A DNA stretch of 62,874 nucleotides, the filler included, from Neolecta irregularis DAH-3 (lineage: Eukaryota): the NCBI GenBank assembly GCA_001929475.1. It is 7 parts of 7 records of this genome, joined end to end, with 100 filler letters (N's around TTAATTAATTAA, not from the genome) between each part and the next. Parts side by side here need not be neighbours in the genome. Positions count along the whole stretch, not along the records: positions 43,626 to 56,033 come from LXFE01000598.1; positions 56,134 to 59,630 come from LXFE01004267.1; positions 59,731 to 61,255 come from LXFE01004268.1; 4 more parts are not named here. One strand, 5' to 3'. Shown in pieces: positions 48,240-60,712 of the stretch (within the stretch, counting starts at the first letter, position 1; each line of letters begins with the position of its first letter). Made by a program: the position numbers and the translations under genes. Under the pieces are notes generated by a model that was given only the letters and a program-made list of their open reading frames with translations, was not told where the DNA came from and did no database searches.

Positions 48240-50847
48240 ATGATACCAGTTATATCGCAACTCGACTCTCCCAGTCTCAGTTTCCACTCCAGCTCAAACA
48301 GCTCCTGCTCGCGCTCTTCTCCCTCGTCGCCGTTTCCTCTCCATCCGCCAAATACAGAACCCTCCTCCAGGTTTTATTCCCATTTCATCCGTCTGATTAT
48401 AGATACTCTTTACATCTCTCTGGAATATCCCCACAAAATGCAAAATCAAGAGTCGAGACCCAGACCAGAGTCGTCTTGACCCTCCACGACCAGTACGGTC
48501 ATCGCGACTCCTTTTACCACACTCTTCGCATCCCACCCTTGTTGCTCGCAAAAGATGGAAAAAATAAAACCACGTTCAAGAGTAATATTCCTCTTTGTCA
48601 TATTTCTCACCCCAGAACCATCTACAGTGGCCCATGTTCCCCCAGAGCGGATATTGTACCTTCAGGCTTCAGTAACATGTTCTGCAGATCCAAACAAAGC
48701 ACTCCTCGTCTGCGATACTTGTGTTAGAAGAGAAGTATGGAAATGTGTTTTTAACCAACTAACTCTTTCTCAAGCTCTTTCGCGCAAACCGCAAAAAAGG
48801 AGGCGCACAAACCGAATCTGCTCTCCAACTTGAAAAGAAATTTCTCATCATCAACTGTTCTGAATCCCTCTTATTTGAAGATGGTCAAGTCGAATTTCCA
48901 ATGAGAATTACATGCTACAGCCGCCATCACGACGAGAAAGAAGGATTTAAGTGCGTTTTATTCATAGAATTACGGCTTATCTTAGGGTCACCTTTCAATT
49001 TACTAATCATCTGGGAGAGGTCATTGCATCACAAACTTGTCCTCCGATAATGATTACGGATGATCATAAAACAGCTAAAAGATCCCAGGCCCGTCCCTCC
49101 AAGAAACGAAAGAATACAGACGATTCAGATTCATCTGCTTCATATGCATATGGTTCCCTCAAAATGACCGCCGTCTCACAAACCCCAGCCATATCACTAA
49201 TCTCATCCCCTAATTCAGTATCGGAGTTATCACTATTCGATCTGCAACCAATGAATATTCCACCTTACCATGTACATCCATCCACGCCAGCCTTTGATAC
49301 CATGAACTTGACCCAAATTTCCCCAAGTCTACAAGAATCATACTTTCAAGAATTCGTAGATCCAAGAATCGTCAAAGTGATACCCTCAGAAGGTCCCGTA
49401 ACAGGTGGAATCGAAGTTACCGTTCTCGGAGAGAGATTCCATCCGGGTTGTCTAGTTATCTTTGGCGGTCGAATTGCCACGACAGATTTCTTCAGCGAAA
49501 CAACATTAACATGCATCCTCCCACCTTCAGCAATACCAGGCCCCGTCCTCGTTCAGCTGAAAAATTACGATTCAGTCCAGCCTGGTTCATTCATTTATCG
49601 CAAAGACTCAGATAGAGCACTGCTTGAATTGGCTCTTCAAATCATTGGACAACGCGCAACAGGGAAACTCGAAGATGTGATTAATATTGCAATGCATATA
49701 GTCTCTCAGCAACCTCTTCCCGTTCCGGAAAACTTTTACTCCAATCAAGAAGAATATCTCCTCAAAGCTCTCGCGGTTCTCGATAGCCCCTCGCCTTTTG
49801 ATGTTCAGATCGATATGCGGACAACTACAGGCCATACATTACTCCATTTTGTGTGCTATAACCGTCTGTATAAACTTTTACCTCTTCTCCTTCGCCACGG
49901 TGCCTCGCCACATGTGAAAGACCGTAATGGATTTCGCCCACTACATTATGCGGCTTGGAGAAATTCAAGCGAGTCCGTTGAAATTTTACTTTGCGTTTCG
50001 AATATCTGGGCTCGAACAAAAACTGGAGATACTGCTCTAGATCTAGCGAGATTGGCTGGAGCAACTGATGTGGAACGTCTGATTTTGAGGAAATCGCCTA
50101 GTGAAGGAAATTTTAACAGATCATCGAGCTTCCCGACTTTGCAGGTTTTGGTCAACGATGATGATAGTGATTCTTCGTCGTCAAGCAAAAGCTGTACACA
50201 ATTTCATGATCCAGCTACCTCTTTCATTTCTCATCCAGTTTCCAGACGAGCAAGCTTTGCAAATCAACCCCGTATCGCACCAATCACCAGACCACATTCT
50301 CGAACGGGCACTTCTTCATCGCCGGCAGTATCAACATGTCTCACAAACACGCAAACCGACAAGGCAGAAGCAACAGCAGCAGTAGTCGATGAACAAGTTC
50401 AACAACGCGTAAAAGATATCTTTAACACAATGTGGCTATCCCTTGCCCGCTCCTCAGACATCCTACGGAGGCCAGGTGATTATATCCCACAAGCAATACC
50501 TGCGTTTTGGTCAGAACCTCCACCACAGTACCAAGAAGTCGTCACACGCTCCAGTTTTAAAAGCCATTTCTCAAAATCATGGTTAGGCGGGAAATCAGAA
50601 AATTTAAGCACTCAAGGATCAGTTGAAGATGATGAAGAAAGCGTCGTCAGAGCGGCTTATTTAATCAGACAAAGTACCAAAGATCGAATGGTCTTCTTCT
50701 TTTGGGTTTGTGTTTTTTTATTCACATCGTACTGATTAAATCTAGCTGCCTGTATTAATCGTTTCAATCGCCCTGTTATATTATACTGGATCCTTCAGAA
50801 CTACTTTCACCATTTATTCACCCCCAACCACTTACCCCGAAACATGA
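48240..50847 (+). CDS. SPT23/MGA2-like membrane-bound transcription factor (IPT/TIG, ankyrin repeats, C-terminal TM)
   Basis: KSRVETQ, CDTCVRRE, RITCYSRHHDEKEGF, IMITDDHK, PSEGPVTGGIEVTVLG, ankyrin GHTLLH, DRMVFFFW|LP TM. Confidence 0.93.
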
Positions 50848-50992
50848 AAAGAAAATCAATACCTTAAGTTCTCACGGACCTTTCTTTTCCTCCTTCAGCG
50901 CTAGCAATACTCGGAAATTACTTGCATCTATAATATTGTCTTTTATCATTTGTTACTTGAAATGTTTTTTTGCTTTTTGTTTCTGGCTGGTC

Positions 50993-51060
50993 TTGTGCTG
51001 TTGTGCTGTTGTGCTGTTGTGCTGTTGTGCTGTTGTGCTGTTGTGCTGTTGTGCTGTTGT
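50993..51060 (+). repeat. (TTGTGCTG)n octamer tandem repeat, about 8 copies
   Basis: Direct read. Confidence 0.92.
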
Positions 51061-51381
51061 ACTTTTTCTTTTTCGTTTACGGATGAACTTTGTGTTTTGA
51101 GAATTTCTTTGTTGTTGATGGTACCTCACCTACCTTGCACGGTCTTGGATTCATGCATTTATGCTTGTTTATACATACAATTAGATAAAATTCTTTTTAA
51201 AAAATGTTCAGTTTGCGTGAATCGGACCAGCCATTATTTGAAAGGTCCACATGGTCGGATTTTGTATTTCATTTGAAAATTACATGGAAAAGTGCGTCAG
51301 CGGCGTAGTCGGGGAGTCCAATTTAGCAACCTCAATTTTGAGCCCTAACAGGGGATATTCACCATTAATACAGAGAATATC

Positions 51382-52042
51382 ATGAAGATCATCTCTAAAG
51401 CTAAAGAAGATGAACATTATCACGAAGTTCTCAAAGGTGGGGCAATAGGTGGGGCATTCGGGCATATCTCTATTTTCCTCCCTATGATAGCTTATTTAAA
51501 AAAGTCTATCTACATCACTTGGAGCCTGTCTCATCGCCCAAAAACGCTCGTCGTTTTTCAGAACACTGACTATACCCTTCAAGGCATTTTTAGTTACTAG
51601 TGCAACCATTGCCGGACTCATAATCCATGGTATACACTTCGCCGGTTGTAGTTATACTATCATTTTAGCCGATAATTATAGTCGAAGATACCAAAGTCAG
51701 AGATTTGGTTCCATGGATACTTTTAAAAAACCCGTGTCTACGAAACAATGGTTCGCAAATCACCGATATCATATCATACTAGGATCATGGGCCCTTGGTA
51801 TGGGTGGAAGTTTTGCTCTGGTAGCACGGAATAAATATTTAACGACGGGTCAGAAACTTGTACAAGCGCGAATGTACGCTCAAGCTATTACTCTTGCTGT
51901 ATTACTTGGGACGGCGGGATTAAGCCAGGTTGGAGAAGATGGGAATGAAGTTGAGCCGTCGGAAAAGAAAAGGGCAATTTGGGAGGAGGAACTCGCGGAA
52001 GGAGAGCGCGAGTTGAAAAATCATCATATCAATTCCAAGTGA
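51382..52042 (+). CDS. RCF2: Respiratory supercomplex factor 2 (HIG1 domain), 3 exons
   Basis: MKIISK...VLKGGAIG, FRTLTIPFKAFLVTS, HRYHIILGSW, QKLVQARMYAQAITL; GC-AG intron 51462-51504. Confidence 0.9.
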
Positions 52043-52109
52043 ATGGAGTATCTTGGCCGGGCGGACGCTTTTAGATTGAAAAAAGCATCGGTACTTCTTG
52101 TAATTTACA

Positions 52110-52531
52110 TCAAGTTCGCATGAGCGATATCAAACAGGCTACATATAAAATAAAACTCACAACGGATACTCCGATGACTATATCCCCACTTGTCCGAAAC
52201 ATCTCCGTAGAGTGATACTGACCAGCCCTCCTACAAGCTGTAATAATAAGCATTAAACAACCAGCTATGGCATATATCGCTCCCCATTAGCATATCCTAG
52301 AGAGAGTGTACCCCCTATTGGATAGAATTCCCTAAATGTCACGACGCTCGACAAGGAGAAAAGTTTACGGCGTGAAGAGTCTGAGAATAAACAGACTGAA
52401 TACAAGTAATCCAATACTTGTCCGCCAATACGCGCCTTCAAAAGTCCGTTGTTTGGCTTGCTATTAATTGGCACGATTACAAATGATAACAAACCTCGTA
52501 TATCGAGAAGTTCCGTTGGTGACGGGGGCAT
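52110..52531 (-). CDS. DUF202-type small 3-TM membrane protein; start uncertain
   Basis: Spliced: ELLDIR|AKQRTFEGAYWRTSIGLLVFSLFILRLFTP|EFYPIG|AIYAIAG...FRTSGDIV. Confidence 0.75.
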
Positions 52532-52738
52532 ATTGACAAGGATCGGGCCAAGTTTTATGCAAGCACAAGCCTAGCTTGGGATAAATTTGAGATACAACAG
52601 ATGATTCAAAAGGAGATGGACCGAGCTTGGTCTGAGCACTTTGGTGTCTGTGTTGTACTGTGTATTTATTAATAAACTCGACGTCTGAGCAACTGTCATC
52701 CAACACTTACTTTTTTCCAAACTCCATTAATAACTATC

Positions 52739-55700
52739 ATGGCTGCTTCGCGTAAAGACTGGGTATGGGCTTTTGTACTTTCTCCGTCTTGATATGTGAA
52801 TAGCTGCATATGGCTCCTCCTCCAAATTATGTTGCTGGTCTCGGTCGAGGAGGTATTTTACCCAACATTTCAAAATCAGATTAAAATATTAGCTACGGGA
52901 TTTACGACACGTTCAGATATCGGTCCAGCAAGAGAAGGCCCTTCAGAAGATTTGATCAAGTAAGGCCTCCTACCCAGTTCCAAGACAAACTGATTAAATA
53001 AAGAGCTGCCCTTGCCCGTCGTCTTGAAGGCGGGGCAGACAACGATGACGATGACGAACGCTTTCGGGATCCAGAGAACGATGTAGGCCTTTTCGGTTCT
53101 GCGCCTTACGATGAAGAAGACGACGAAGCAGACAAAATTTTCGATGCTGTGGATCAGAAAATGGATCTAAGGAGGAAAGCAAAACGGTACATCTCACCCC
53201 GTTAACCCCGCAAAATGATTATCCTGACATATTCTTCCAGGGAGGCTCGAGAAGCAGAGGCCGCAGCTCTTTTGGAGTCGAAAAAGCCTAAAATTCAAAG
53301 CCAATTCGCTGATTTAAAACGAGGTTTAAGCGTTGTTACTGATGAAGAGTGGGCCAATATACCTGAGGTCACCAATATTTCTGGGCGAAATAAAAGGAAG
53401 ACGGTTGATCCCTTGCGCCAGAGATATTATGCAGTCCCAGATAGTCTTCTCGCAGAAGCACGGGATATGGGTGCTATGGATACTAGTATCGAGACGAACG
53501 GGGCCGAGAGTGTTGTTGATGGGACCATGACAGATTTTGCGAGTATTGGAAAGGCAAGAGATACCGTTCTGGGAATGAAATTGGATCAGGTTTTCCTTTT
53601 TCCGTTGGAAGCACTGTTGATGAATCAAGGCTGGGGGAGATTCAGTAAGTGGAAGTACAACAATTGATCCCAAAGGATATCTCACCTCTTTATCAAGTGT
53701 GGTCACCAAATCTTCTGCGGAAATCGGAGATCTCAAACGGGCGAGGTTGCTCTATCAATCTGTCACTCAAACCAATCCAAAACATGCACCTGGGTGGATT
53801 GCAGCTGCACGAGTCGAAGAAATGGCAGGGAAAACGGTACCAGCGCGAAATATTATTGCAAAAGGTTGCGAGGAATGCCCGACAAATGAAGATGTCTGGA
53901 TTGAGAGAGTGAGATTGAATGTAAGTGTTTTCAGTTCATTATCATACTGACAACAGACTGAAGAAAACGGGAAGGTTATCATCGCAGAAGCAGTTCGAGC
54001 GATTCCAAAGAGTGTCAAATTATGGCTAACTGCAATGCGACTGGAAACAGAGGACCATGCTAAAAGAAGAGTTCTTCGAAAAGGTATGTCCTTATCAAGC
54101 TTCATTCCTCATGATAGCCCTCGAATTTATACCCCAATCTGTGAAATTATGGAAAGAAGCTGTTGATCTTGAAGAAAACCCAAATAATGCGAGAATCCTT
54201 CTTGCCCGGGCAACAGAATTGATTCCACTCTCAGTTGATCTTTGGCTTGCACTGGCCCGTCTTGAGACTCCCGAAAACGCACGCAAAGTACTGAATAAAG
54301 CCCGTCAGGCTGTTCCTACTTCTCATGAGATCTGGATTGCAGCAGCTCGACTAGAAGAAGAAAGCGGTCGGTACGAACGTCTTGGGACTATTATTCAACG
54401 GGCAATCAGCGAATTGCAGAAATTCGGAGGAATGCTGAGTCGCGAAAACTGGATCACCGAGGCTGAACGTTGCGAGCAAGAGGGTGGACAAATCACTTGT
54501 CAGGAAATTATCGCAGCAACTTTGGGGCAAGGCGTTGAGGATGAAGATCGGAAGACGACATGGTTGGCTGATGCCGAGGCCAGTATTAATCGTGGATGCT
54601 ATATGACTGCCCGAGCGATTTACGCCTATGCTCTGAGAGTCTTTCCAGAAAAGAAAGGGATCTGGAGGAGAGCAGTTGAGCTGGAAAAGAATCATGGAAC
54701 TACGTATCTTTCTTACTACAAGAAGAAATTTTAATCATTCAGACAAGCATTATCAGATCTCCTCGAACATGCCGTCCAAAGATGTCCAAAGGCAGAAATC
54801 TTATGGTTAATACATGCAAAAGAAAAGTATCAAGTCGGAGATATAGATGCAACTCGTTCGATCCTTGCTCGTGCGTTTGAGGAAAACTCAAATAGCGAAG
54901 AAATTTGGCTAGCAGCCGTTAAAGTCGAATTTGAAAACCACAAACATGAAGATGCACGAATTTTACTACGACAAGCCAGAACAGAAGCTGGAACCGAACG
55001 AGTTTGGAGGAAGAGCGTGATGTTGGAAAGGCATTTGAATGAACCTCTCAAGGCTTTAGAACTTGTTGATGAGGGATTGAGACTTTTTGAGCGCGCCGAA
55101 AAATTGCATATGATGAAAAGTCAGATATTCGAGGAACTTGGAAAGATCCAGAATGCAAGGGAAGCATTTACTACCGGAACACGGAAATGTTCAAGTTGTG
55201 TAACGCTATGGATTTTGGCTAGTCGCTTGGAAGAGAAAGCGGGCTTGGTTATCAAAGCTAGAGCTCTACTTGATCGCGCGCGGTTGATTAACCAGAATAA
55301 TGAGGAGCTTTGGTGTGAGACGATTCAGGTAGAGTTACGAGCGAAGAATGACAAACAGGCAAAGATTTGGATGGCAAAAGGTATCTAAATTGGTCTATTT
55401 GGTCTTTGATTTTTTAGCATTGCAGGAATGCCCAAAGAGTGGAAATTTATGGTCTGCCGCAATATTCATGGAACCTCGTCCTCAACGGAAAACTCGTTCT
55501 GTTGATGCTCTCAGGGCTTGTGACAGTGACTCTGTCTTAATCACGACAGTCTCAAGGTTATTTTGGGCCGAACGTATCTACCCCTAATAATCATTTCTAA
55601 CTTACCAGGTAAAATTGATAAAGCTAAAACATGGTTTGAGCGAGCGGTTACTGTTAACCCGGACAACGGAGATTCTTGGGCATGGTATTATAATTTCCTT

Positions 55701-55868
55701 AAAGCTCACGGAAGCGAAGAAGAGCAATCAAACCTGGTGAATCGAGCTGTTGCTGCAGATCCACATCATGGAAAAGTATGGCAAGTTGTTGCAAAGGATA
55801 TCAACCACCCCTTGAGGAAGGCAGAAGACATATTAACAGAGGCAGCAAAACTTGTTGCTGATCAATGA
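52739..55868 (+). CDS. PRP6: U5 snRNP/tri-snRNP splicing factor Prp6 (S. pombe Prp1), about 11 exons
   Basis: [60 protein letters not shown], many HAT repeats. Confidence 0.97.
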
Positions 55869-56033
55869 TAATACCAGTACTTTGTATAGTAGTGTATAGA
55901 GATCCAAGTCATTTTGGAAGTAATTCATCATAGTGATTAAGGCTGCGTTCGCCAGCCACACAAAAAGAATATCTCCATTTTCTAAAACAGGGAATATCGT
56001 ACTTGTTGGTGGAAATTAACATTTTGAGAACTT

Positions 56034-56133
56034 NNNNNNNNNNNNNNNNNNNNNNNNNNNNNNNNNNNNNNNNNNNNTTAATTAATTAANNNNNNNNNNN
56101 NNNNNNNNNNNNNNNNNNNNNNNNNNNNNNNNN
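56034..56133. other. Artificial contig spacer
   Basis: N-TTAATTAATTAA-N. Confidence 0.97.
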
Positions 56134-56299
56134 CTACGAATATAATTTTATACCTGTGTGTCAGTTCCGTCATATGTCAATACAAACAGTCCCAATCGAT
56201 TCCCCTTTGTTCAAGTCACAGCATACCGTCAATCGTGCATAGCAAACACAAACTTGAATCAAATCCCGACATTCAAGTTACCCAAATCCACTTTTCCCA

Positions 56300-59200
56300 A
56301 TGGACCAAGCCGATATTCCAGAACATGATTGTGAAGAAAGCAACGATGACGAAGAACAAGTTATTTGTGCCATGGACTATGGTAAAAATTACATTGGAAC
56401 GAGTTTTTTTAAAGGTGCGTGTGTATGTAATGGTAGCCATTTGACTTGAAGATAACCGGTTATATTTGATGGAAGATATGCTTGAAAACCCGCCGTTTGA
56501 TATACNNNNNNNNNNTGACTTGAAGATAACCGGTTATATTTGATGGAAGATATGCTTGAAAACCCGCCGTTTGATATACTCCATCAACGTATGAGGGAAA
56601 ATATATCAAGTTGACTAACCACGCCTAGTAAAATTTTATATTTCTCCCAATGTTGTTTTGGTTCCGACTCGAATTGATGAGATGTTTCAGGAGAAATTGG
56701 AGTCGTTTGGTTTAGGTATTTGTCATTGTTTTGTTTTTTAATGAAAAAGATGATTCTACGAGGGGATATCGAATTGATAATCGGCCGTCGAATGAATTTT
56801 CGTATACGCAGGGGTATAATAAACTTGTTGGACTTGATCTTGAAGAACATACCGGTCCAGCTATTTTTCTTCAGTGCGGTGATGAACACGATGTTACGAG
56901 GAACAGGAAAGATGCATTGTTGCGATTAGCAGGATGGATCAACACTGAGAGTCGACTTGCGGTATATACCTCCACAGCGCAAGAGTTGAAGCACAGGTCG
57001 GATGTGCTGGTGCTGTTCTCTCGTTTATCCAACGAAGAAGATTGACTAGTCAATTTAATACCGACGGCACAGGTTTGAGAATTGCTGCAGTAGAAATGTT
57101 TTCGATGAAAGATGTAATGTACGTCAACGGTGATACACTTTGGTAAATTCCGTTTATAATTACGGATTATGCTTATTTTCCTCTTGTGCATTGCAGATAT
57201 TCGAGGATGAATCACACCCGAATTTCCATATGCAGGGTCGGAGTAAAGAAGGGTTATCATTATTTGGTATATCCTGATTCTGCACATAGTGATTATCAGG
57301 AATAATGAATTCGACAAAAACGACGCAGGGATGTTTTATGTTGAAGCAATGGTTCACGAGACCTTCGCTTTCACTTGACATTCTGTCGAAACGGTATGAT
57401 AGTATATCGTGCTTTCTTCGGCCAGACAATGCCCATGTACGTTTTACATTATTAGCTGACTCTGACTGGAAAAGGTTTCAGCTTCATTGAGCACCTTTTT
57501 GAAAAAAGTAAAGAACATACCCAAACTCTTAACTGCACTTCAACGGGGCAAAGGAGGAGCTAATCGAAGTGGAGAATGGCAGGGCTTATTGCAGGTACCC
57601 TTTCCTATTTTTTCTGCACAGCTGATGCCAGTTTTCTTTTAATGCTCTCAAAATCCGCTCTGAAGTAGCAGACCTCGTTGATTCTGGGCATCTCTCCATT
57701 GTCAACAAAATCATTACCGCCTTTGATACTCTGCAGTTTGAAGATATCTCGACATTAATCGGTGATGTCGTTGATTTTGAAGAATCCGCCCAACAAAAGA
57801 GAGTTGTCGTGAAGCGAGGGATTGATGGGGAATTGGATGAAATGAAGAGGACGTACGACGGTTTAGAAAGCATGCTCTCGGAAGCAGTTCGTAATCTGGC
57901 GGTTACAATCCCTTCAACAGTTGCGTCTAGTCTAAACGGTATGAACTAGAAGATACCGATTGACCAGTGTCGCAGTCATATATTTCCCACAAATGGGGTA
58001 TCTCATTGTGATGCCCTCGCGAGACGGTAAAGTAGTTTACCAGGCGGACGATTGGGAGCTTCAGTTTAGCACTGCAATGTGCTCTTATTTCAAGAGTCCC
58101 GAAATGAGAGGTATTCTTTAATCGATATTTGGGGCTCAGAAAAGATTTGGATGACTATCTTGGCGATATTTACGGAATGATTGTGGATCGAGAGATTGAG
58201 GTGATACATCAGCTTCAACTCCGGGTTTTAGAATACACTGCGTTTCTTACTTTATGTTCCGAGATTTGTGCAGAGTTGGATTGGTAGGGTGGATAACGTG
58301 TTGGCTAATTGCAGTCTCCTCAGCTTGACGGATGCAGCTCGTCGGGGGAAGTATTCTCGGCCAACGATGACTGAGAAGAATATCTTGCGAATCACAAAAG
58401 GGCGTCATCCACTTCAAGAGCTGTGTGTTGCGACTTTTGTAGAGAATGATACAGCGATAGATGGAGGAAGAGGGATTGATGGAGGGATTGATGGAGGGAT
58501 TGATGGAGGGATTGATGGAGGGATTGATGGAGGACGAGAGATTGATGGAGGGATTGAAGAGACCGAGGACGATATTTACGGCAGCATTCTCTTACTCACC
58601 GGCGCAAACAATAGCGGAAAAAGCGTCTATCTGAAACAAGTAGCTCTAATCGTGTACATGGCGCACATTGGCAGGTATCCTCTTACGCTACACCACTTAC
58701 AAAGTTATGTACCAGCATCGAACGCAATAATCGGAGTAACCGATAAAATATTCACAAGAATCCAAACAAGAGAATCAGTTTCAAAAGTAGTTATTTTTTC
58801 TAATCTGGCTAATTAGAGTAGCAAGTCAGTGCATTTATGATTGACTTGGAACAAATATCGATCGCCTTGCGAAATGCGACTAGAAGGAGTCTTTTAATAG
58901 TTGATGAATTTGCAAAAGGGACGAATGGATTTGATGGAGCTGGATTATTTTGTGGGTTGATTGATCATTTTATATGGTTGCAAGAGGATCGGCCTAAAGT
59001 TGTTGCGTGCACTCATTTTCACGGTACGCTATCAAGGGAGAGATTGCTGATATATTAGAGGTATTTGAACATGGGTATTTGAAAGAGGTGTATCCGTTAA
59101 TGTTTGGGTATATGGAGATTATGATTGATTCAGATGTGGATATTGCGAGTCAGGTTACGTATCTTTATCGGTATGTCACTCAATAGAGTTGTTGGAAGCT

Positions 59201-59483
59201 GGGGTTGAAGGGTAGGCTTGTTGCTGGACGGTCGTTATCTTCGTTTGGGATAAATTGTGCGGCGGTGGCAGGAGTCTGTCGGGAGATTCTGGAGCGGGCG
59301 GAAGAATTGGTGCGGTTGAGTGTGAAGGGCGATATTATGCAAGTATGTGAGCGGGTGAGTGGGGAGGAAAGGGACGAGTTGGTGATTGCGGAGAGTGTTG
59401 CGAGGAGATTTTTAGAGTGGGAGATTGGGGAAGGGGGGAGTGCGGGGGTGCGCAAGAGGTTGGCCGAGGTGTTGCAGCAATAG
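56300..59483 (+). CDS. MSH5: MutS homologue 5 (meiotic crossover), about 15 exons
   Basis: ALQIFEDESHP, KEGLSLFG, YFPQMGYL, LDDYLGDI, GRHPLQE, Walker A TGANNSGKS, SAFMIDL, DEFAKGT, CTHFHE, SSFGINCA. Confidence 0.93.
58460..58555 (+). repeat. In-frame 12-bp tandem repeat (GATGGAGGGATT; DGGI) inside MSH5
   Basis: IDGGRGIDGGIDGGIDGGIDGGIDGGREIDGGIE. Confidence 0.9.
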
Positions 59484-59630
59484 CAAACAATGGAGCGAGT
59501 TGCAGCGATAGCAAACATTGGATCGTGCAGCGTGGAATGTGCAGCGATAGCAACATTTGGAATGTGAGTGAGATGCGAGATGTGAGAATGTGAATGAGAT
59601 GCGTCTGAGTTGCGTCTGAGTTGCGTCTGA

Positions 59631-59730
59631 NNNNNNNNNNNNNNNNNNNNNNNNNNNNNNNNNNNNNNNNNNNNTTAATTAATTAANNNNNNNNNNNNNN
59701 NNNNNNNNNNNNNNNNNNNNNNNNNNNNNN
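59631..59730. other. Artificial contig spacer
   Basis: N-TTAATTAATTAA-N. Confidence 0.97.
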
Positions 59731-60593
59731 TTCACTTTTTGATTTCATGGAATCGATGGGGTTGGAAGAGACCGTTTGACCCGTTGCGATGACTCGTTCA
59801 CCCGGTTTGGCATTAGACGGTGGTCGAAGTAATTCAACCGCAGCACCTGCATCACCAATTTTCTTTGAGCCACAAAGCAACATTCCCTCACTCCACACAC
59901 CTCGTAATTTGCGTTTGGGCATATTTGCAACGACTATACATTTTTGACCGATGAGGGATTCGGGGGTGGGAAAGAAGGGACGAAGACCGCTTACTATCGT
60001 CCGATCATTCAAGGTTACACAAGAAAGTTTGACTTTTTGAATGTATAATCGTTCGGCGGTTGGATGCAGCTCGCATGAAGTGATTTCGCCTACCTATACG
60101 TTCAAACTTGTATTCCAAGATACGATTCCTACCAATAAATGGAATCTTGTAAACGGATGGTCAAGCGGGAGTTCACCGGTACCGGTACCGGGTGGCGAAG
60201 ATGAAAATGCCGGCGCAAAAATATCGTCATTAATCATAATTTTGATATTCTGCAAAACTTGGTCTAAGATGTCAGTCTGGAAAAGGAGAGAGGGTATATG
60301 CCTGCCGAAGGACGGGTGTGACTGCTAAATGTGCTCAAGAGCATTTGTTGGACGTAACCGCCATTTGGATTCTGCGAAGCATATGATGAAGCGTCGTAAT
60401 TGTTTCCAAAGGAAGCAGCTGTGATTCGAGAAAGAGGCAAAGGGGTGGTATTATTTGCCGTCAAACTTTTCTCGGGAGGAGAAAAAGTTAATGGTCGCTG
60501 TAATTGGGCGTCTTGGATACGCAGAGACGAGAGACGACGATGGATTGCACGACTAGCCGAGCGGGCTTGCCTGGCCACTGGTGGGTTCACCAT
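59731..60593 (-). CDS. tRNA-binding (EMAP-II/Arc1-like OB) domain protein, 3' end truncated
   Basis: VGEITSCELHPTAERLY...RTIVSGL...VVANMPKRKLRGVWSEGMLLC...VELLRPP; GC-AG intron 60264-60301. Confidence 0.8.
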
Positions 60594-60712
60594 TAATGGA
60601 ATTGAGGTAGTGTGACTTTTTTTGGGTGGAGTCTGCAAGTAGGGGCGCTTCCCAATCAGGGAAATGACGAAATAATTCACATTATACAACTATGTAGCCT
60701 ATGCATATACAA

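Noticed and set aside
50950-51276. Cys-rich ORF (LLCCCAVV)n
   Set aside because: Translation of the octamer microsatellite.
56441-56578. Direct repeat of about 63 bp within MSH5
   Set aside because: Identical copies flank a 10-N gap; this is an unmerged scaffold overlap.
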